NCBI GenBank assembly: GCA_965197425.1
Contig: CBDANC010000015.1
Span: forward strand, 10,704 to 74,703
From: Bdellovibrionales bacterium
GTDB lineage: Bacteria; Bdellovibrionota; Bdellovibrionia; Bdellovibrionales; JAUICD01
Reading direction: 5' to 3'
Length of the DNA: 64,000 bases
Below the pieces are notes generated by a model, which made no database searches, was not told where the DNA came from, and saw only the letters and a list, made by a program, of their open reading frames with translations. Shown here piece by piece: positions 57,995 to 64,000 of the stretch; position 1 is the stretch's first letter, and every line of letters starts with the position of its first letter. The position numbers were made by a program, and so were the translations under genes.

Positions 57995-59251
57995 TTACCT
58001 AGGGAATATACCTCTTAACTGCATTGCTTTTTGCAACCTTTTGGCTGCAACTCCGATGGAAGCATTTCTAAGATTTAAATCCTTTTCCTTGGAAAATTCC
58101 CAAACTCTATCAAAGGCCTTCTCCATTGCTGTTTTAAGCCTTTCGTTAACTTCATCCTCTGACCAAAAATAAGACACTACGCCCTGTACCCATTCAAAGT
58201 AGGAAACCACAACTCCACCACCATTTGCCAAAATATCCGGTACAACTATTATTCCCTTTTTGTCCAATATCTCGTCGGCTTCAAAGGTTACAGGACCGTT
58301 TGCTCCCTCCAATATGATCGATGCTTTGACATCATTGGCATTGTGTTTGTCGATAACTCTGTCCAAAGCTGCTGGCAATAATACATCACACTTAAGGGTC
58401 AGAACCTCATTTCTGTCTATTGATTCTCCTCCATCAAATTCTGATAGGCTTTTGCTTTTTCTGTAAAAACACGTCAAAGCAGGGATGTCCAAACCATTCT
58501 TGTTATATATTCCCCCGAAAGCATCACCTATCGCTACGACCTTCATTCCTCTCTGATAAGCTGAGATAGCTGCATGTGAACCAACATTACCGAAACCCTG
58601 AATAGATATGGTTAGGCCTTTAAGTTTCTTGTTCAACTTCTTACACGCTTGAGTTAAGCAGTATATTGTGCCAAGACCAGTTGCACTGATTCTTCCCATG
58701 GAACCACCTATTTCTATAGGTTTTCCCGTTACAACACCAGGAACAGAAAAACCTGTTCTATGAGAAAAAGTGTCCATGATCCACGACATAGTCTGTTGAT
58801 CAGTACCCACATCTGGAGCCGGTATATCAGTTTCCGGACCTATTATCTGATATATTTCAGTTGTGTATCTTCTGGTTAGGGCCTGAAGTTCAGCTTCAGA
58901 GAGTTTGCTTGGATCAACACAAATTCCTCCTTTTGAACCTCCTAACGGCAAGTGGAGCAATGCATTTTTAAACGACATTAACATAGCAAGTGCTGCGATG
59001 TGACTTAGATCAACCGAAGTGTGATACCTTATGCCGCCTTTGCAAGGGCCTAAGGTCTGATTATGCTGTACCCTATATCCATCAAAAACTTTAACCTTAT
59101 TGTTATCCATACGTATGGGTACGCTTACTACTACAGATTTTCTAGGTTTTAATAACCTCAGCCTAACATCACTGTCTATGCCTATGATATCTGCTACTTT
59201 TTCAAAATTATTAACTGTATTCTTAAATAGATCACCTTGAAATAAATTCAT
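57995..59251 (-). CDS. gdhA: Glutamate dehydrogenase (Glu/Leu/Phe/Val dehydrogenase family)
   Basis: 418-aa ORF with GPCKGGIRYH, LPLGGSKGG and the NAD(P)-binding GFGNVGSHAA. Confidence 0.88.
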   Translation of the reverse strand: MNLFQGDLFKNTVNNFEKVADIIGIDSDVRLRLLKPRKSVVVSVPIRMDNNKVKVFDGYRVQHNQTLGPCKGGIRYHTSVDLSHIAALAMLMSFKNALLHLPLGGSKGGICVDPSKLSEAELQALTRRYTTEIYQIIGPETDIPAPDVGTDQQTMSWIMDTFSHRTGFSVPGVVTGKPIEIGGSMGRISATGLGTIYCLTQACKKLNKKLKGLTISIQGFGNVGSHAAISAYQRGMKVVAIGDAFGGIYNKNGLDIPALTCFYRKSKSLSEFDGGESIDRNEVLTLKCDVLLPAALDRVIDKHNANDVKASIILEGANGPVTFEADEILDKKGIIVVPDILANGGGVVVSYFEWVQGVVSYFWSEDEVNERLKTAMEKAFDRVWEFSKEKDLNLRNASIGVAAKRLQKAMQLRGIFPR

Positions 59252-59397
59252 AAAGCTCCAATATATTTTTGTTAATTCCCTAAGTAATAAAATAAATATT
59301 GCGAAAGCTGAATAACAAGTAAGTTTTTAGAAGTCTAGTACAAACAATGAAGATTGTGAAATGGGTTGAGGGGATTGAGTTTTAAAGTGGCTGTGTC

Positions 59398-59730
59398 AAA
59401 ACGTAATTCACCTGGCAAAAGTCGGCAGAGCCAACTTATTGCCAGGTTCAATCAGTGCTGGGGCTCACCTTTAGTTACGGGATCGGCACCGTGTCCACCA
59501 GGAAACAGCCACTCGGCCAAAAAGGAAAGCAAAACTTCCCTTATTTTTTGCTTCGTTCGGAAGCTTTTTAGTAACAGGATCGGCATCTTGTTCCAGAGCT
59601 GGGCAACCATTTAGCTAAAAAACCGACCGCAGGGAGGTTATTTCAATTGGAAAGTATAAGATTTATCCCGTGAGCCAATTGAACCAAAGTGAACAAATCC
59701 ACTTGTTTTTAGCTTCATTCGGAAGACCTT
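59398..59730 (+). repeat. Modular intergenic repeat, locus 5: leader (59398-59472), divergent A-C unit (59473-59569), complete A-B-C unit (59570-59730)
   Basis: Unit 5b is nearly identical to the locus 4 unit. The leader shares AACGTAATTCACC with locus 1 and contains an 8-bp hairpin CCTGGCAA..TTGCCAGG. It ends 1 nt before the kinase stop codon (59732-59734). Confidence 0.9.
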
Positions 59731-59731
59731 G

Positions 59732-61198
59732 TTACATCCATTGTGAGTCTTGGAACACAGCCTTGTTTTCATTAAAATTATCAGGGGACGGCATCAGGTA
59801 CCAAAATTCCTTTACTAACATTGCCAAAGCAGCAAAGGCCAGAATGGTAGCAACCATTCTTTTCCACGGAAAGTTATTTGCTAATATTTGCTTTTTTTGT
59901 ATTTTTTTTCTTTTTTTAAGAACTCTAGTTGAAATTACATTCCGGTCCACACTAATTTTTGAAGATAATGTGCTATGTAAACTTATTGTGTCTTTAGGTT
60001 GAAATATTTTTGGGACAGCTCTTGGTGTCCGCACAGAAGATGTATTGCTTTTTGTATCATGTAGTCGCTCCATAGATTTTATTTTGCCCCTAAGCTCCAT
60101 TGATCTACTCGGTTTTGGAGTAAAACCAGAAGACAACACTTTTTTATCCCTTGAAAATTCTTTTTTGTATTCTTCTTTAAAAATTTTTCTAAACTTCTCG
60201 CCAAGTCTTTCTGGGTTAAACTTGGGATAATTTATGTTTAAAAATTCATGTAACTTTTCATACAGCTTGAATGCTTCCATTCTTTTGTGTGGATCTCTTT
60301 GTAGCAGTTGCACTACAATGTTATCTATTTCTTCTGGAACATTCTGGTTGATTTCTCTTAGTAAAGGAACTTTAAGATTTAGAATGTTCTGTATTGTTTT
60401 CATTTCATTTGGTCTGTAAAATAATCTTTTGCCATTAGATAGCATCTCCCACATCACAACCCCTAAAGAAAAAATATCCGTTCTGTAGTCAAGATGTTTG
60501 CCTTGAGTTTGTTCTGGACTCATATAGGAAAATTTACCTTTTATGCTAGTTGTTTCGTCTACTCCTAAATCCTCATTGCCGGTTGATACGGCCTTAACTT
60601 TGCTGATACCAAAATCTAGAATTTTAACTTCACCTTCCCAACCGACCATTATATTTTGGGGACTTATATCACGATGTGCAGGCTTCTCATTCTCTTCTTT
60701 GTCAAACATATCGTATTGGTGGATGTAGTTAAGACCTCTTGCTGTCTCCTTTATGATATATACCACATCTTCTATCTCTAATTTGTTCTCTAACAAGCCT
60801 ATGTGTCGTAAACTCCGTTCTTGTTTGTTACTTCTAAGTTTTGTACTTATTTGCTTTAGGTTTCTTCCCTTTATGTAATCAACAACTAAACAGAGCTCGT
60901 TCGAGCCGTCGGAGTAGGCTCTATACGACTTTACCACATTTGGGTGATTCATATTTATGGCAATCTCAACTTCCCTTTTGAAGTACTCTCTAAACTTTGG
61001 TTGGGAAGCATATTTTGGTAGTATCTTTTTTATGGCCACTAACTTTTGTGTCTTTCTGTCTTTCTCGAGAGTTCTGGCAAGATATACTTCTGCCATACCT
61101 CCAGAAGCAAGCAAAGAAACTAGCTCATAACTGTTGCCTATAATCATGTTGTTATTGTATTTGGGCATTCCAGCGACCTCGTCTTTAGAATCGGCCAA
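59732..61198 (-). CDS. Hanks-type Ser/Thr protein kinase with a C-terminal TM segment
   Basis: 488-aa ORF with GGMAEVYLA...VAIKK, HRDISPQNIM, DFGISK, YMSPEQ and a hydrophobic MVATILAFAALAMLV near the C-terminus. Confidence 0.88.
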   Translation of the reverse strand: MADSKDEVAGMPKYNNNMIIGNSYELVSLLASGGMAEVYLARTLEKDRKTQKLVAIKKILPKYASQPKFREYFKREVEIAINMNHPNVVKSYRAYSDGSNELCLVVDYIKGRNLKQISTKLRSNKQERSLRHIGLLENKLEIEDVVYIIKETARGLNYIHQYDMFDKEENEKPAHRDISPQNIMVGWEGEVKILDFGISKVKAVSTGNEDLGVDETTSIKGKFSYMSPEQTQGKHLDYRTDIFSLGVVMWEMLSNGKRLFYRPNEMKTIQNILNLKVPLLREINQNVPEEIDNIVVQLLQRDPHKRMEAFKLYEKLHEFLNINYPKFNPERLGEKFRKIFKEEYKKEFSRDKKVLSSGFTPKPSRSMELRGKIKSMERLHDTKSNTSSVRTPRAVPKIFQPKDTISLHSTLSSKISVDRNVISTRVLKKRKKIQKKQILANNFPWKRMVATILAFAALAMLVKEFWYLMPSPDNFNENKAVFQDSQWM

Positions 61199-61315
61199 AA
61201 TTAACCCATTACTTTAGGTATTATTATTGTTATTCTAGGTGTAGTATTGCCTTGGGCAATACTGAGAAGTTGTACTTAAAATTGACATCTTTTTACTACA
61301 AATGGAGTTTATAGA

Positions 61316-61921
61316 TTGAAATGGATCGGTATAACAGGTGGCATAGGAGTAGGTAAGTCTAGTGTATGCAAGATTATTACTGAAAAGAAGCTACCAACAA
61401 TAGAAGCAGACAACATTATTCGTAAAACACTATTGCAAGATCATGAGGTGCAAAATGACATCATCAATGTATTTGGCAAAGAAATTTTAGATCATGAAGG
61501 TCAATTAGACCGAAAAAAGGTGGCTAGCGCAGCTTTTTCGAATAAAGCAAAACTATCTGAATTGGAGCAAATAATACATCCGAAGCTAGCGAATTTAGTT
61601 AAATTAAAAAGGGATTTGCTCAAAAAAAAAGGGTATAAAATAGCTTTTTATGAAGCGCCATTATTGTTTGAAAAACAAATGCAAGATCAATTTGATGAAA
61701 TAATCCTAGTTGCAGCTAAAGAAAATTTAGTTATAAAAAGACTTTTAAAAAGGGGATTAGAAAAAAACGACATATTACTTAGAATGAAGCATCAATTGCC
61801 CCAGAAAGACAAGTTAGCTCTAGTATCTTATGTTATTTGGAATAACTCATCACTGTATGATCTTAAAAAAGCTTGCTGTAAAGTTCTAACAGATATAACA
61901 AAAACAAATGATAAACAGTGA
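61316..61921 (+). CDS. coaE: Dephospho-CoA kinase
   Basis: 201-aa ORF, (M)KWIGITGGIGVGKS...EAPLLFE. TTG start. Confidence 0.88.
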   Translation: MKWIGITGGIGVGKSSVCKIITEKKLPTIEADNIIRKTLLQDHEVQNDIINVFGKEILDHEGQLDRKKVASAAFSNKAKLSELEQIIHPKLANLVKLKRDLLKKKGYKIAFYEAPLLFEKQMQDQFDEIILVAAKENLVIKRLLKRGLEKNDILLRMKHQLPQKDKLALVSYVIWNNSSLYDLKKACCKVLTDITKTNDKQ

Positions 61922-64000
61922 TATAAATATTAAATTCTTTGGTGATTGGAAAGATCTTAGTAAAGCACTTTCTTCTATAGATATTCAAAAAAACTCTCTT
62001 ATTGTATCTGGAATAAAAACTAAAACTGATCTTCAGTTTTATTTTTTAAACCAGCAAAAACTTCCTATGGTTGGAAATTCTATACAAACATTTTATGAGT
62101 TTTTAGAAGATGTCTTATTTCAAGTAAGGCTAGATATTAAAATTGTATCTAGTCACTACATTAAGGCAATGATAGCAAGAGAAGAAAACATGCCTGGGGC
62201 TTCTGAGTCTGTATTTGAGTTTTTAAAACTAATGCTTCCAGCCTTTTCTCATCCTAATGGATTTGAAATAATGTCAGAATGGTCACAAGCTCATAAAGCC
62301 AATATCCGATGGGGAAAATTATTTAAAAAGGCATATAAAGCATATACTCAAATTTTAGATCAAAACATTACAACTCAAGAATTTATACCTGCCCTACTCT
62401 TTAATCTAGATTTAACCAACATAAAAACAAAAAAAGTGTATTTTTACTTAAGTAGCAACTTAAAACCTGTATATATTCATATCCTAAATAATTTAGCTAA
62501 AAATAATGATCTAACCCTACTATGCCCTACTAAAAATTGGATAGATGAACATGAAGCACTAAAAGTCTATAGAGGACTTAAAGCTTCCAACACATCTATC
62601 TTATATAAATCAGAAAATAAAATAATCTCTAAAAGATTTACCTCTATGCTATCTGAGGTTAAGGATTGTATAGCACATGTAAGGAAATGGATAGAAGATG
62701 GCATTGAACAAAAAGATATAGTAATAGCAGCACCAGGTATTGAGTCTTATTGGGAAGTATTAAAAGAACATTTAGACGTTGAGGGCATAGGATATGATAG
62801 AGCAGTTAAAATACCAATACAAAGTTTTTCCGATGTAACCAGATTAATATCTACAATACGAGCAAATTTAATTCCTTCTAAAAATGATCTACAATTAGCT
62901 ATTTTTCACAAAGATAAACCCATTTCATCTTATGATTCTTTTTACGAACAATATGATGTAGTAACCGAGCTAGAAGACTATAAAAGATCTGAAATAGTCT
63001 TTAAATTTATATCAGATAAGTTTAATAAAGAAGCTTTAAGCTTAGATGAGTTTATTGAATATGTATCTGTGATTTGGAAAAAAATAAACGGCGATCCAGA
63101 TAGGTTAGCAAAAATTTTAAGTTGTCTTGTTCAAGATAATTTTACTTTCAAAATGAGTCTTTCTAAATGGTTTTATTATTTAGAATCGCTCTTGACTGAT
63201 GTAAAAATAACAAAAACTCACCCTAATTTAAATGGGGTAGGTATTTTAGATTTATCTAAATTAGACAGGTTGGATATTAAAAAAATATATCTAATGGGAG
63301 CTACTTATCAAGCAATGAATAGTTTTAAAAGTGTTCCCATCACAAAACAAGATTTAGATACCATAGAAAAAGATACTGGGTTTGTATTAGACTATAAATC
63401 TAGAAACTTAGAGTTTAATGCAGAGTGGATGTTATCTGGCAATGCTGATGTGGTGATAAGTTTTGCAGAAAACAGCTTTTTTTCAGACGAACTAACTCCT
63501 TCTTACTTTTGGCTAAAATATGCAAAATGCAAATTCACAAGCCAGCCTAAGAAGACAAGATGGGATTTGATTCAAGAAAAAAATGTTAGAAAACCTGGGC
63601 AAAGCAAATCTTATGATAATTACGCGATCAAAAAAACTTTAAAAAAATATGATCTAAAAAAAATATCTGCTACAGACATTGAAACATTTAAGAGTTGTCC
63701 CTTTATATTTTATGCAAAAAAATGTTTGGGATTAAGAGACAATGCTTCTTTAGGTTTAGATTTTAGTTACTTATACCAAGGATCATTTTTACATGAATGT
63801 TTAGAAGAGTTAGTTAAAGAGCCATTTAAAAATTATTCTAAAAAAGATCTTGAAAAGTATTTAAAAAATAAGATTAAACCTAAGGTTGTGGAGTCTAAAT
63901 ACATAGATAAATTTATACATAAATATGCTAGAATTCTTGAGAGAGTTTTTGAATTTGAATTAAAAAATAGGGAACAAAAAAATATAAAAACCATAGGCAA
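61908..64000 (+). CDS. AddB-like PD-(D/E)XK nuclease / helicase-nuclease subunit, 5' part; continues past the window end
   Basis: Absent from the ORF track because there is no stop in the window. Manual translation from ATG 61908 (14-nt overlap with coaE) stayed open over the first ~950 nt I read (MINSDINIKFFGDWKDL...); the stretch from there to the C-terminal block was not translated by eye. An AddB-like block follows (FTSMLSEVKDCIAHVRKWIEDGIEQKDIVIAAPG). Near the end comes ISATDIETFKSCPFIFYAKKCLGL, typical of the PD-(D/E)XK cap region. Confidence 0.65.
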   Translation, partial: MINSDINIKFFGDWKDLSKALSSIDIQKNSLIVSGIKTKTDLQFYFLNQQKLPMVGNSIQTFYEFLEDVLFQVRLDIKIVSSHYIKAMIAREENMPGASESVFEFLKLMLPAFSHPNGFEIMSEWSQAHKANIRWGKLFKKAYKAYTQILDQNITTQEFIPALLFNLDLTNIKTKKVYFYLSSNLKPVYIHILNNLAKNNDLTLLCPTKNWIDEHEALKVYRGLKASNTSILYKSENKIISKRFTSMLSEVKDCIAHVRKWIEDGIEQKDIVIAAPGIESYWEVLKEHLDVEGIGYDRAVKIPIQSFSDVTRLISTIRANLIPSKNDLQLAIFHKDKPISSYDSFYEQYDVVTELEDYKRSEIVFKFISDKFNKEALSLDEFIEYVSVIWKKINGDPDRLAKILSCLVQDNFTFKMSLSKWFYYLESLLTDVKITKTHPNLNGVGILDLSKLDRLDIKKIYLMGATYQAMNSFKSVPITKQDLDTIEKDTGFVLDYKSRNLEFNAEWMLSGNADVVISFAENSFFSDELTPSYFWLKYAKCKFTSQPKKTRWDLIQEKNVRKPGQSKSYDNYAIKKTLKKYDLKKISATDIETFKSCPFIFYAKKCLGLRDNASLGLDFSYLYQGSFLHECLEELVKEPFKNYSKKDLEKYLKNKIKPKVVESKYIDKFIHKYARILERVFEFELKNREQKNIKTIG

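Noticed and set aside
61316-61340. The coaE 5' end (AAATGGATCGGTATAACAGG) resembles the start of repeat module A (AAATGGATCGGCATCGTG)
   Set aside because: The match is ~13 nt and encodes the conserved KWIGITGG P-loop lead-in of CoaE. It is most likely coincidence.

Overview
64-kb AT-rich chromosomal window from a diderm (Gram-negative) bacterium. I call 56 protein-coding genes, most on the minus strand and almost all core housekeeping. They include class Ia RNR (nrdB, nrdA), murA-prmC-prfA-rpmE-rho, gatCAB, ligA, bamA-skp-fabZ, lolDE and prfB (canonical programmed +1 frameshift). Also present are mlaFED, two tandem lgt plus lspA-ileS, pyrG, engB, spoT-rpoZ-gmk-yicC, mutL-miaA, gdh, coaE and an AddB-like nuclease. 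Several accessory genes point to a Bdellovibrionota-like organism: a Bd0055-like histone-fold protein, an FHA/sigma-54 activator, a Hanks-type kinase, an ankyrin lipoprotein and a GYF-PilZ protein. That lineage call is inference only. I recognised no rRNA, tRNA, CRISPR array, transposase or prophage genes. The most unusual signal is non-coding. A modular intergenic repeat family (head A, body B, hairpin+tail C; full unit about 160 nt) occurs at five loci with 8 head modules. Every plus-oriented locus ends at or inside the stop codon of the upstream minus-strand gene, and it supplies the last codons and the stop of engB and miaA. Other points worth a second look: single-nucleotide homopolymer frameshifts in bamA and in an ankyrin gene, and a beta-class DNA methyltransferase fused to an Mrr-like C-terminal domain. 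There is also a LysM lipoprotein with PPPPDMMGD repeats, tandem lgt paralogues, and a motif shared upstream of nrdA and nrdB. All homology statements come from reading the translations by eye; no database search was run.
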